From a virus (lineage: Duplodnaviria > Caudoviricetes), in IMG/VR virus record IMGVR_UViG_3300042503_002233, positions 1 to 60,721 of that record: a stretch of DNA of 60,721 nucleotides. One strand, 5' to 3'. Below, piece after piece: positions 1 through 9,296 of the stretch (position 1 is its first letter; the number at the start of each line of letters is the position of its first letter). The position numbers and the translations under genes were made by a program. A model generated the notes under the pieces. The model searched no databases. It saw only the letters and a program-made list of their open reading frames with translations, and had not been told where the DNA came from.

Positions 1-38
1 CACGTATTTTCCCATTTCGTCGTGTATCGGTAGACCAC

Positions 39-1271
39 ATGGTACGCGGCGTTTCCCGCGTCTGGTGGCAGCTAGAGAGACTGTTTAAAGAGCCCGGCCC
101 GTACGTCTTTCAGCTTCAATTTGGCCGGACCGGCCTGCGCGACGCTGCGGACTGGGAAGACGTCGGCGCGCCGGTTACAAATGGTTATTTCGCCTACGAC
201 CCCGCGTGGCGCGAAGCCGGCTACACGTTAATGACGCACTACCGCGTCAAACTCACCACCCCGCAAAACGTATACGTTTCTCAGGCCGCCAGCGTATTCG
301 GGGAGTTAACAGAACGAGACTGGCTGCTGTCCCGCGAAATTATTCGTAAAGAGCAGCTTAGGCATAAACTTGCGTCAATTCCCGGCTACCTAATCAAGCC
401 GATGCGCTACGGCGTTCCATGTCCGCGGTGTCGTGATCCATTATCGAGCGAAGTGACGGACGCCAATTGCCCCGTTTGCAGCGGCACCGGCTTTGAGGTT
501 GGATATCATCCGCCACAAGCTATGCAGTGCTGGGATTTATCGCCGCAAAACGAGCAAAGCGACGTCGGCGAGCCAAAGGGAACGACGCGAGAGAACCCGT
601 ATGTAGATGCCCGCGTGATAGGATTTCCGGGACTGAATAAAGATGACATATGGGTGAACGGCTCTTCCGACGAGCGATGGGTGGTTGAAACAATTCAGGT
701 TTCGGCGGCTATCCGGGGCGTGCCGATTGTCTATCAGGTCCGCATGGGATTAATACCGTTCAGCAACACCATATACGCGCTGGAAGTTGGTGGTGAGCCT
801 GCCGTACGAACTGGGCCAACGTTACCGATGGAAGGTTGCGGCAGCGTAGCGGTTGATCAGGACTATACCGGCTTAGACGAACTGGCGTATACATTGGCCG
901 GCGGTTGCGGAGTCGTCGGCGCGGATGTTTACGTTTTTACAAAAGCCGCGTTTGACGCGAATGGTGTAAATATTTCGCGCGCGCTGGCTGTCGGAAATAC
1001 GACCACCCGTGTTAATGGCCGCTGGACCCGGTCGATTAAACTTAACCCCGGAAACTACGTTATTTTGTTCGAAAAATCGGGCGAGTACGGGCCGGATACT
1101 AAACCGCTCACAGTTACAGCGCCGGAACCCGAAGGCCCCGATCTCCCGAGCACGCCGTTCACATTGGGCGACAACGCGCTTGAAGCTGCCGCCGCCCCGC
1201 AACCCCAGTACCGTCCAGCATATAAGCCCCCGGCAAAAAATGATCAAGATGAAGAATTCTGGCGAATATAA
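39..1271 (+). CDS. Putative virion neck/head-completion protein with Zn-finger (may extend upstream of the window)
   Basis: 410-aa ORF with CPRC...CPVCSGTG(F) motif of the kind seen in neck proteins of large myophages; beta-rich C-terminal domain; lies just upstream of the tail genes. Confidence 0.5.
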   Translation: MVRGVSRVWWQLERLFKEPGPYVFQLQFGRTGLRDAADWEDVGAPVTNGYFAYDPAWREAGYTLMTHYRVKLTTPQNVYVSQAASVFGELTERDWLLSREIIRKEQLRHKLASIPGYLIKPMRYGVPCPRCRDPLSSEVTDANCPVCSGTGFEVGYHPPQAMQCWDLSPQNEQSDVGEPKGTTRENPYVDARVIGFPGLNKDDIWVNGSSDERWVVETIQVSAAIRGVPIVYQVRMGLIPFSNTIYALEVGGEPAVRTGPTLPMEGCGSVAVDQDYTGLDELAYTLAGGCGVVGADVYVFTKAAFDANGVNISRALAVGNTTTRVNGRWTRSIKLNPGNYVILFEKSGEYGPDTKPLTVTAPEPEGPDLPSTPFTLGDNALEAAAAPQPQYRPAYKPPAKNDQDEEFWRI

Positions 1272-1437
1272 GTTCCGTCCGCAGTTTCCGCCGGCTAAGC
1301 TTTCGTTACGTGAGCGACCGCACGTAATGCGACCAAAAATTAACTTGCGGGAAAAGGCTGTAAAAATGTGGCCGGGCGTAAAATTCGAGCCAGACCCAGA
1401 GGAAAACACAGATGGCAGATTGCCCACAACCCGGTGA
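1240..1437 (+). CDS. Small basic hypothetical protein
   Basis: ATG at 1240 (or 1249) in the 1009..1437 frame; fills the gap between the two neighbours and overlaps both. Confidence 0.3.
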   Translation: MIKMKNSGEYKFRPQFPPAKLSLRERPHVMRPKINLREKAVKMWPGVKFEPDPEENTDGRLPTTR

Positions 1438-2122
1438 CGACTACGGAAATGAGAATTTCCCGCCTGACAGCGCCACAGAGAACCGCGTCGAAAAAGTAAG
1501 CGCGCTATGTTCTTACGGCATGCGGCCGCACGTAATGACTGGCTTTTTGCGGCAATTGTTAATAGGTCACTTTTCGGACCCGCAGAATATCGAAGACCCA
1601 AGAGTTCGGCGCGCCATAATCGAGGTGGGCGGGTGGAAATCGACGGATAGTGGTTTGAATCCCGGCGGCATTTTGATAGAAAGTATTACCAGATGGGCGC
1701 CGAACACTGCGGATAAACGACCGGCCGTACTTATTAAAAGGAACGGCTGGAAATGGAATTCGCGAGTAGTTGGTGACAGAGCCGAAACAAACTACTATAC
1801 TGGAGAGGTAAGTTATTCGGGGTTTTGGGAAGGCAGTCATACACTTTTTTGCCTATCTCAAAACGGAGCCGAAACTGAATTTCTAGCAACGGAGGTTGTA
1901 AAATTTTTAATCCTTTTCTCGCCGCTGATCAGAGAACAGATGAACTTTTTCAAGTTCTATGTCTCAGAGGTCGGTGGTGTCGGAGAAGTACAAGAGGTGA
2001 CTCAGGGGTATGCCGTCCCGATCACTGTAGCGTATGTGGCCGAAGAAGCTTGGTCGCTTCAACCACTCGCGCCGCGGCTTAAGCGGATTGTCTTCAAGGC
2101 ATCAGATTTGTTGTCAGGTTAA
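1412..2122 (+). CDS. Putative tail completion/terminator protein
   Basis: 236-aa ORF directly upstream of the sheath; GAGGA RBS-like sequence upstream; size and position fit a tail terminator. Confidence 0.45.
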   Translation: MADCPQPGDDYGNENFPPDSATENRVEKVSALCSYGMRPHVMTGFLRQLLIGHFSDPQNIEDPRVRRAIIEVGGWKSTDSGLNPGGILIESITRWAPNTADKRPAVLIKRNGWKWNSRVVGDRAETNYYTGEVSYSGFWEGSHTLFCLSQNGAETEFLATEVVKFLILFSPLIREQMNFFKFYVSEVGGVGEVQEVTQGYAVPITVAYVAEEAWSLQPLAPRLKRIVFKASDLLSG

Positions 2123-2158
2123 AATCAAAACGAGGTGTTTTTTTGTTGCACGAGTGGT

Positions 2159-2168
2159 TGTGTATACT
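2159..2168 (+). promoter_or_regulatory. Candidate promoter motif TGTGTATACT upstream of the sheath gene
   Basis: Intergenic; contains the -10-like TATACT; the same 10-mer recurs at 50407-50416 and 54588-54597. Confidence 0.4.
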
Positions 2169-2220
2169 ACTCGATACGCACTGACCCGCACACAAACAAC
2201 TGAGGCATGGAGGCCTTCGT

Positions 2221-5200
2221 ATGTCTAGTTACGTAAAACCACAAGTATTAGTCTTCCAAGAATTCCGTATCATCCCGACGGAGATCACGGAACCGCTGCG
2301 CGCCCACATTGCCGGCCCGCACGCCGTTCTCCATCGCTACAGCGATCGCGACGAGAAGAAGACGATTCTGCTCGGCCAGTATGACCGGCTTAACGACGTG
2401 TGCTACGGCTGGCCGCAGCGGCGGCCCGGCTCGATCGTCGACCTCGCCTACGCGAAGGTTTATATGGACGACGCGCTGCTCAAGTACTTTGAGCACGATC
2501 TGCAAAGCACCTACACCCGTATCACAACGGTTGAAGGCAAGTTCAACTGGATTCAGTCGGACGATCTTTCGTTCAAGTCCAACACGTCGGCCTACCCCCG
2601 CAGCAGCGACTTCCTTGATCGCGATGTGAAGGCTGGCGACGTTGTGTATCTGCGCACAGTAGTCGACCGAGAGGGCGATTGCGAAGAAGTGCAACTTTGG
2701 ACAGAGGTTGTTGGCTTCGCTTCGGACCTCGTGCCGTCACTCATCAAACCGGCTGAGGCGTCTGACGACAACCAGCCCAATACGGCGTATTACGTCGATG
2801 AGCCCGATTCCGAAAACAACTACCTGCAGGTAGCCGGCCGTGTTAACTGTGTTAAAGTCACAGAAGTAGACGGTACTGACTACAGCGGCATCCAAAGCGG
2901 CGACGTCGAAGAAGAGTACACGATTCAGGTTATCAAGAGCACGATTTCGGGCTGCAACGCCGCCCGGCTTCGGGTTCGTAGCGCCAGCGGACGAGACGAT
3001 GATGAGGAAGTCCAGCCCGCCGATTTCGGCGAGTGGACCGACATCGGCACACGCGGTCTGCGCGTGAAGTTCGACATCACCGACGTCGAAGGTTGCATTG
3101 AATCGGCCACGGCTAACGAAGTTGTTTATGACAACTTTGTGACCGGACAGAAATGGGTTGTAGCTGTCAAACAAGGCTTCACGGCTGCCGAAGTTGACTC
3201 GGCCGCCGATGGCGAGTTTGTTGTTCAACCTGATGGCGACATCGCCGGCGCTTACAACGGCGCCAAGAACGACGTCTATATCGTTGAAGTTACCAAGGGC
3301 GGCACGTTCGACGGCGTGGAGGACGGCGACCTCGTCGGCTTCCCAGAAATCACTGCCCGCACCGTGAAGGGTCTCGATTTCTCTGGCCCGACCGAAGTGG
3401 TCGAGAACGGCGGTGAGGTTGGCATCGGCACGAACGGCGTGAAGGTTATCATCAAGGCTCCGGGCAAGGTCGAGTCGATCGACCTCGACAACGGCGGCAG
3501 TACGTACTCGGCCCCACCGACGGTTGTGCTCAGTGCTCCCGACGATCCGACCGGCGTTCAAGCCACAGCGACCTGCACGCTCAGCGGTAGCTCGGTAAAC
3601 AGCATCACCATCACGAACGCCGGTAGCGGTTACTTTAACCCGCCGTCCGTTTCGTTCACCGGTGGCGGCGGCACGGGTGCGGTAGCGCAGGCGTTCATCG
3701 ACGCCAAGCTCCGCAAGGGTGACAAGTTCTACGTGGCTGTAGTGTCCAGCAAGGCTGGCCCGGTCCGTAAGCTCATCCTCCGCGACGACCTCCCGTCTGA
3801 AATGCGTGACACGTACATCCGTGCCACGACTGTGAAGACACCGGTCCGCGTGGTGGCTGACGAGAACGTCACGCTCTCCGGCCTGCAGACGATCGACGGC
3901 GTGTCGTTAGTTTCCGGCAACCGCGTGCTCTGCGTCAACCAAGACGACGAGACCGAGAACGGCGTTTACGTTGTTCCCACTGCGTCTGGCACGCCGGCTG
4001 TTGTGGGTGAGTGGACCCGCGCCACGGACTCCGATACTACGGGAGAACTTGTTAAGAACATTTACTACGGCGTGACCGCTGGCGATACTTACGCCGGCTC
4101 GGGCTGGGTTCTGACCAACTCCGGCTCCGTGCTCGTCGGAACCACGCCGATCCGTTTCCAGCGCGATGACGAAGCCATTGACGAGCGGTACGTGCCGCTC
4201 GACCTGAAGCTGTTCATCAAGGACAACATCGAGATTTCTCGCGTGCGTCCCGAAGCCGATCAGCTTACGAACTTCTGGTTCGAAGACACGCAGGTCTGCA
4301 TCCAAGAGGGTATCACTGCCTACCACCCCGAGTGGACCTCGGCCGGTGCTGAGCAGCCGCTGCCCATCGAGAAGGGCAAGGTTTACTCCGAGTATCGCGA
4401 GTTCTTAGCCGATCTCGCCGACGAAGTTAACGCGATCAGCGATGTGGCCGATCTTGACGATATCGCTGGCCAGCTTCACCCCGATAACCCGCTGAAGTGG
4501 GGCGTTTACAAGGCGCTCTCCAACAGCAACGGTACGGTTGTGAAGTACACCGCTGTAGCGCATCCGGTGGAGTACCACCCGGAGAACTACCGCGTCACTG
4601 GCCCGGACCTTGATAGCTGGGTGCAGGTCCTTGAGCGTATCAAGGGTCGTGACGACATGTATAACCTGATCCCGCTGACGTACGACCGACTGGTGCAGAA
4701 CCTTTGGGCTGCGCACATCGGCGGCGAGTCGAACGAGATCGCTAACAACTGGAAAGCTGGTTTCTTCTCGCTCAAGGCGCAGCCGAAGCAGCTTGTCGTC
4801 GGTCAGAATGCTCTGATCGCCGGCGTGCTTGGCAACGTCATGGAAGACGAGATGCTGGCCACCCTGAAGGATGACCCGAACGCCACGGGCACGCAGTTCA
4901 CGCTGCTGCAGGTGCCGACGGGCACGACCTTCGCCAGCGGCTACTTCATCACTAATGACGTGCGCCCCGGCGACATCGTTCGTTACAACTTCTCCGTCGA
5001 CCAGTTCGGCGAAGAGCAGTACGAAGAGTACGTTGTGGATCAGGTTCTGTCGGAAAACTCGCTGCTCCTGTACACGGGCGCCGATGCGGCCGTAACGGTT
5101 CCGCAGCGGTTTGAAATCTGGCACAACCGCAACCGCAACGAAATCGCTGAGGACATTGCGCAGCAAGCCGGTTCGCTTTCGAACCGTCGTGTCTGCGCCG

Positions 5201-5778
5201 TGTGGCCCGATCAGGTTGGCGAGGCCGGCATCACGCAGCCGGGTTACTACCTCGCGGCTGCTTTGGCTGGTCTCGTCTCCGGCGTGGTGCCCCACCAGCC
5301 GCTGACGAACGTTGAAGTTGCTGGTTTCGACGACTTCACCCGGTCGTACAAGTACTTCAATGAGACGCAATTGAACCGCATGGCAGAAGCCGGCGTGTGG
5401 ATCGTCACGGAAGACCGCGACGGCACCCCGCATACCCGCCACGCCCTGACGACGGACAATCTCGACCTTAACCGTCGGGAAGAAATGATCCGCCGCAATG
5501 TGGACTCGATGTCGTACCTGTTCCTGCGGCGCCTGCGTCCGTTCATCGGCCGCACCAACGTGCAGCCGGGTATGATTCGGCGGCTCAGCTACGAGGTTTC
5601 GGCGATCATCAAGTTCCTGTCTAACAACGGTTTCACAGAGGAACTGGGCTCGCAGTTAATCTCGGGTGAAATCCGAAAGCTGCAGGTCCACCCGCTGTTG
5701 AAAGATCGAATTGAGATTGTGTTGGACCTTGTTGTCCCGGCGCCGCTCAACAACATCGAACTGCACTTGGTTGTCTGA
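2221..5778 (+). CDS. Contractile tail sheath protein with inserted domains
   Basis: 1185 aa; N-terminus YVKPQVLVFQEF; sheath-type C-terminus (YLAAALAGLVSG...PLTN...LNRMAEAGVWIV...RHALTT...EEMIRRNVD...IEIVLDLVVPAPLNNIELHL); GGAGG RBS; followed by the tube gene. Confidence 0.9.
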   Translation: MSSYVKPQVLVFQEFRIIPTEITEPLRAHIAGPHAVLHRYSDRDEKKTILLGQYDRLNDVCYGWPQRRPGSIVDLAYAKVYMDDALLKYFEHDLQSTYTRITTVEGKFNWIQSDDLSFKSNTSAYPRSSDFLDRDVKAGDVVYLRTVVDREGDCEEVQLWTEVVGFASDLVPSLIKPAEASDDNQPNTAYYVDEPDSENNYLQVAGRVNCVKVTEVDGTDYSGIQSGDVEEEYTIQVIKSTISGCNAARLRVRSASGRDDDEEVQPADFGEWTDIGTRGLRVKFDITDVEGCIESATANEVVYDNFVTGQKWVVAVKQGFTAAEVDSAADGEFVVQPDGDIAGAYNGAKNDVYIVEVTKGGTFDGVEDGDLVGFPEITARTVKGLDFSGPTEVVENGGEVGIGTNGVKVIIKAPGKVESIDLDNGGSTYSAPPTVVLSAPDDPTGVQATATCTLSGSSVNSITITNAGSGYFNPPSVSFTGGGGTGAVAQAFIDAKLRKGDKFYVAVVSSKAGPVRKLILRDDLPSEMRDTYIRATTVKTPVRVVADENVTLSGLQTIDGVSLVSGNRVLCVNQDDETENGVYVVPTASGTPAVVGEWTRATDSDTTGELVKNIYYGVTAGDTYAGSGWVLTNSGSVLVGTTPIRFQRDDEAIDERYVPLDLKLFIKDNIEISRVRPEADQLTNFWFEDTQVCIQEGITAYHPEWTSAGAEQPLPIEKGKVYSEYREFLADLADEVNAISDVADLDDIAGQLHPDNPLKWGVYKALSNSNGTVVKYTAVAHPVEYHPENYRVTGPDLDSWVQVLERIKGRDDMYNLIPLTYDRLVQNLWAAHIGGESNEIANNWKAGFFSLKAQPKQLVVGQNALIAGVLGNVMEDEMLATLKDDPNATGTQFTLLQVPTGTTFASGYFITNDVRPGDIVRYNFSVDQFGEEQYEEYVVDQVLSENSLLLYTGADAAVTVPQRFEIWHNRNRNEIAEDIAQQAGSLSNRRVCAVWPDQVGEAGITQPGYYLAAALAGLVSGVVPHQPLTNVEVAGFDDFTRSYKYFNETQLNRMAEAGVWIVTEDRDGTPHTRHALTTDNLDLNRREEMIRRNVDSMSYLFLRRLRPFIGRTNVQPGMIRRLSYEVSAIIKFLSNNGFTEELGSQLISGEIRKLQVHPLLKDRIEIVLDLVVPAPLNNIELHLVV

Positions 5779-5808
5779 CACAAATTAGAGTTCTAAGGAG
5801 TTAACACT

Positions 5809-6270
5809 ATGCCATCTGTTTTTAACGGAACCTCTCAGAAGCTTAACGGCGTTATCCGGGCTGAAGACGTGCTTCTTCAGTTCCCGGGCACGATCGGCGG
5901 CGCGGACGGCGCGCTGGTGCAGCAAGCTCAAATCACGTGCGAACGGACCGTGAACATGATCTACGAGATCGGCTCGTCGAAGGTGTACTACGTCGGCGAC
6001 CGCCGTCGTGGCACAGCCCAGTTCAGCCGTGTCGTGGGCGGTTCGGCCACGTTTAAGGGCATGATCCAACAGTTTGGAGATATCTGCAAAGCGAAGGAAA
6101 ATGATATCACCATGAAAGTTGGGGCCACGTCGTGCGGCGGCACGGGTGGAACGATTGAGTACAAGATGCTTTCGGCGACCTTGAATTCGCTCGGAGCGTC
6201 AGTAACCGCGCAGGACATCGTGGTCACGGAGAGCATGGGCTTCATGTTCGTCGACCTCGAATACACCTGA
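5809..6270 (+). CDS. Tail tube protein
   Basis: 153 aa directly after the sheath; AAGGAG RBS; tube-like motif 'ERTVNMIYEIGS...YV...GT...SRV'. Confidence 0.75.
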   Translation: MPSVFNGTSQKLNGVIRAEDVLLQFPGTIGGADGALVQQAQITCERTVNMIYEIGSSKVYYVGDRRRGTAQFSRVVGGSATFKGMIQQFGDICKAKENDITMKVGATSCGGTGGTIEYKMLSATLNSLGASVTAQDIVVTESMGFMFVDLEYT

Positions 6271-6301
6271 TTTAGCTGGTTAATTACTGTCTTATACCGA
6301 A

Positions 6302-6334
6302 AAACGGCGGTTGCGGTTTCCGCAGCCGCCGTTT
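6302..6334 (+). terminator. Probable intrinsic terminator/hairpin after the tube gene
   Basis: AAACGGCGGTTGCGG-TTT-CCGCAGCCGCCGTTT: 15-bp stem with one G-U pair and short A/T ends. Confidence 0.65.
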
Positions 6335-6396
6335 AAGGTATATGGGCCTTCGGGCTCGGGGCTTTAAAGCCCGTAACAACACCTTTTGGTGGAAAA

Positions 6397-9288
6397 ATGA
6401 GCGCAGAAAAACAACCGAGTAAATCGGTGGGTTCGTCGCCGTCTTCTCAACGGCAGTACTTTAACGACCCGACGCTAGCCATCCGCCGATTAGCGGCGCA
6501 GGTGCTTGGCGGCCAGCGCAGCATGGGCGATTACGGCTCTCATCTCCAGCCGGCTGCCGACCCCTACAGCCAAAAAGTCGGCTTTAAAACGGGCTTCCAA
6601 GATACCGGGCGGCTTTTAACCGGTATTGTTCAAGACGGCACCGCTATAGCCAATGTGTATTTCGTACACCCTGATCACGGCCACGATCCGGTTTTGGCAA
6701 CAGCAATGATGCACGGAAGCTCGGCGGCTTTCGGGACCACAGAAATAAATACTTATGTCCCGGGTACGCGCGTCTTGTTAATGGTGCAAGACCGCGACAG
6801 TAAGGCTTTTATTCTCGGCGCTATACCGCACACTGTCGATGTGGGTAAGCGCGTCATGCACGACTACATATCGCAGGCGTCTCGAAACCGCGTTGACGAC
6901 TGCCACAAAAAGCACATCAAGCAAGAGAAAAGCAGCGGCATTGCTGACTATAGCAATTGGCGGCCATATGACGCTACGCTGGGCGGCGAGTGGGGCGGGA
7001 TGACGTCGACAGGCGGCCGTATCACGCTGGACGATTTTATGTTCCAGACGGCTATAAACGAATTTACCGGCGTCTTCGGCTTCTACCACGACAATATGCT
7101 GCGCATCGCCGGGTACAACATGCAGTTTTGGACAGCCGGCAGTGAGCGCGACTCGTACATGGACCAAGCCGAGTGTAACGATTCGCAGGGCTACACGCCG
7201 TATCCGTGGGAGGGGGTCGGTGTGCTTATTCCGGGCCCGCCAGTTATCGAAGAGTACAAACCCGGCTGCTTTCAGTGCTTCAAAGAAAAGCCATTTTATT
7301 CGCGCTGGGAAAACAAGCACGAGTTTGCGCAGCCGTATCACCGCACGCAGGTTTTTCAAGGTTATCTTGGTCAAGGGCACCGCACGATCGTTCACGCGCC
7401 GCCACAAGGAAAAGATCGGTGGACTTACAAAGGCCAGACGGGCGGAAAATCGACACCGTTTGATTCTGAGCTTAAAACAAAGCGCGGCGTAGACTACAAC
7501 TGCACCAGCGGGCCCGATAAGGACACATCGCACGATCCGCAGCCTGTATTTGGGCTTAACGAGGAGAATAAGGCACTAGATGGCCGTATTTTCATGGCCT
7601 CCGCAAAGGGCGTGCATATTGCTAAACGCGTGCTGCTCCCGTTCCCGCAGCGAGAAAAGCGGCCGGAAGATTATCAGAACGGCGACGACGCTGAAAAGAA
7701 CTACAAAGCCGCCAGCAAGTACGGCGGCGGCCCAGAGCACGAGATTACCGGCACGTTTATCACCACCGACGAGAAGTATCCAAACTTGCAGCGTGCGGCC
7801 GCCGTGCTTGATATGCACGGCTATTTATACAACTATTCTGGTCTGCATGCGTTTTACTGGCACGCAAAAGACTACAAGATGTGGGAGCAGCAAGAACTCA
7901 AATACGCCGACGTCAATCAAAAGATTCCTAAGTTTTCTCAGTTGATGTCCTCCAAGATGTATTTGAAGGAGGAAGAGCCCAAGATATTCAAGATCGACCA
8001 CCGCTACGATAAAAAACCGCAAAAGTTTTATGAGTCCGAGAGCTACATCTCTTTGCTCGAAGACGGCGGCATCGTGATCGGCGACGGATACGGCGGTGAG
8101 ATTAAAATGACCGGTGGCTGTGTGTTTATATCGGCCCCCGGTGACGTGTGGCTCAAGGGCGGTCGCGACGTGCAAGCGTGGGCTGGAAACGACTTTATCG
8201 CGCGAGCCAACAAGTCCGTCGACATTTCCGCCACCGAAAAGAACGTGCGTATTAAGGCCGAGCGGAATGTTCTGGTGCTCGCCGGAAACGACACGTCCGA
8301 TCGCGAGGGCGGGATATTGCTGGAGAGCCGCGCCAAGATCAACGAGTATGACTTCGAAGAATGCGGCGACAAAATCAAATTTGCTGGCGTCGTTGCGCGT
8401 GCACCGTACTCCAACGTTGTCGGGATCGCCAAGAACATTTACCTGCGGACAGGCGGCGGCAAGGTACAAGAGGGCGACATTGTTCTCGACGCCAGCAAGT
8501 CGAAAAAAGACATCCTGACAAAATCGCGCAATTTTTACAACTTTGTCCGATCGGGCGTGTTTCACTTTTTTGGCAGCGGAGACGATGACTGGACAACAAA
8601 AAAAGCCAATATGTTCTCCAAAGATTTCACGCTGTTAGTCGGCCCGATTGGCACAGACGCCGATTTGATTATGGACGGAAATATCTTGGCGCGCGGAAGC
8701 TGCTTACTGACAAAGGGGCACATTTTTACAGAGGTGGCTGCGCGCGGGTTTATTTTTGTAGCCCCCTGCGACGGTGATTGTCAGGGACAAGTAAATGCGG
8801 CAATTGATCTGATCGCGCAGCTAATCAACATCATTATCCCGAAGATTGGCGACACAGTACACAGGCTTCAAATTAAGTTGCCGTGGTACGAAGAAAAGAA
8901 GGCCGGTAACGAGCGCGTGATGACGATTATGGAATTCTCGTTCCGCAAAGACGAGGACTACAAAATCCCAGACTTTCTGCTGTATGAGGACCGTTGGCAG
9001 CAAATGGCGCGCATCAGCGGAGATATCCCCGATAAATGGACTGAGCGACCGGTTATTGCCGACGCGTGCGGTGTTCCGACATATCCGTTTCCGGGTAAAC
9101 AATGGCTTGTCGATGAGCCGGCTTACAAAGAACAGGATTTCAAAATCGTGCAGTTTCAAAAGGGCGGTTTTATCGACCTTGAACGTGGCACAGCGCCCGG
9201 ACTGGCCGGGCCGTATCGCAACCCGGAGTTTGAATCGCCACAAGAAAAAATCATCAACGGAACCTATGTCATTACCCCGCGTAATTGA
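6397..9288 (+). CDS. Putative baseplate central spike (gp5/VgrG/GpV-like)
   Basis: 963 aa; N-terminal OB-fold-like 'YVPGTRVLLMV...AFILGAIP'; beta-helix-like run 'GIVIGDGYGGEIKMTGG..ISAPGDVWLKGGRDVQAWAGND..ARANKSVDISATEKNVRIKAERNV'. Confidence 0.6.
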   Translation: MSAEKQPSKSVGSSPSSQRQYFNDPTLAIRRLAAQVLGGQRSMGDYGSHLQPAADPYSQKVGFKTGFQDTGRLLTGIVQDGTAIANVYFVHPDHGHDPVLATAMMHGSSAAFGTTEINTYVPGTRVLLMVQDRDSKAFILGAIPHTVDVGKRVMHDYISQASRNRVDDCHKKHIKQEKSSGIADYSNWRPYDATLGGEWGGMTSTGGRITLDDFMFQTAINEFTGVFGFYHDNMLRIAGYNMQFWTAGSERDSYMDQAECNDSQGYTPYPWEGVGVLIPGPPVIEEYKPGCFQCFKEKPFYSRWENKHEFAQPYHRTQVFQGYLGQGHRTIVHAPPQGKDRWTYKGQTGGKSTPFDSELKTKRGVDYNCTSGPDKDTSHDPQPVFGLNEENKALDGRIFMASAKGVHIAKRVLLPFPQREKRPEDYQNGDDAEKNYKAASKYGGGPEHEITGTFITTDEKYPNLQRAAAVLDMHGYLYNYSGLHAFYWHAKDYKMWEQQELKYADVNQKIPKFSQLMSSKMYLKEEEPKIFKIDHRYDKKPQKFYESESYISLLEDGGIVIGDGYGGEIKMTGGCVFISAPGDVWLKGGRDVQAWAGNDFIARANKSVDISATEKNVRIKAERNVLVLAGNDTSDREGGILLESRAKINEYDFEECGDKIKFAGVVARAPYSNVVGIAKNIYLRTGGGKVQEGDIVLDASKSKKDILTKSRNFYNFVRSGVFHFFGSGDDDWTTKKANMFSKDFTLLVGPIGTDADLIMDGNILARGSCLLTKGHIFTEVAARGFIFVAPCDGDCQGQVNAAIDLIAQLINIIIPKIGDTVHRLQIKLPWYEEKKAGNERVMTIMEFSFRKDEDYKIPDFLLYEDRWQQMARISGDIPDKWTERPVIADACGVPTYPFPGKQWLVDEPAYKEQDFKIVQFQKGGFIDLERGTAPGLAGPYRNPEFESPQEKIINGTYVITPRN

Positions 9289-9296
9289 GGTTTACT

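Noticed and set aside
2248-5558. Long minus-strand ORFs within the sheath gene, and likewise 13932..14984, 56819..57640 and 58645..59709
   Set aside because: Expected antisense open frames of strongly codon-biased GC-rich genes; no protein-like motifs
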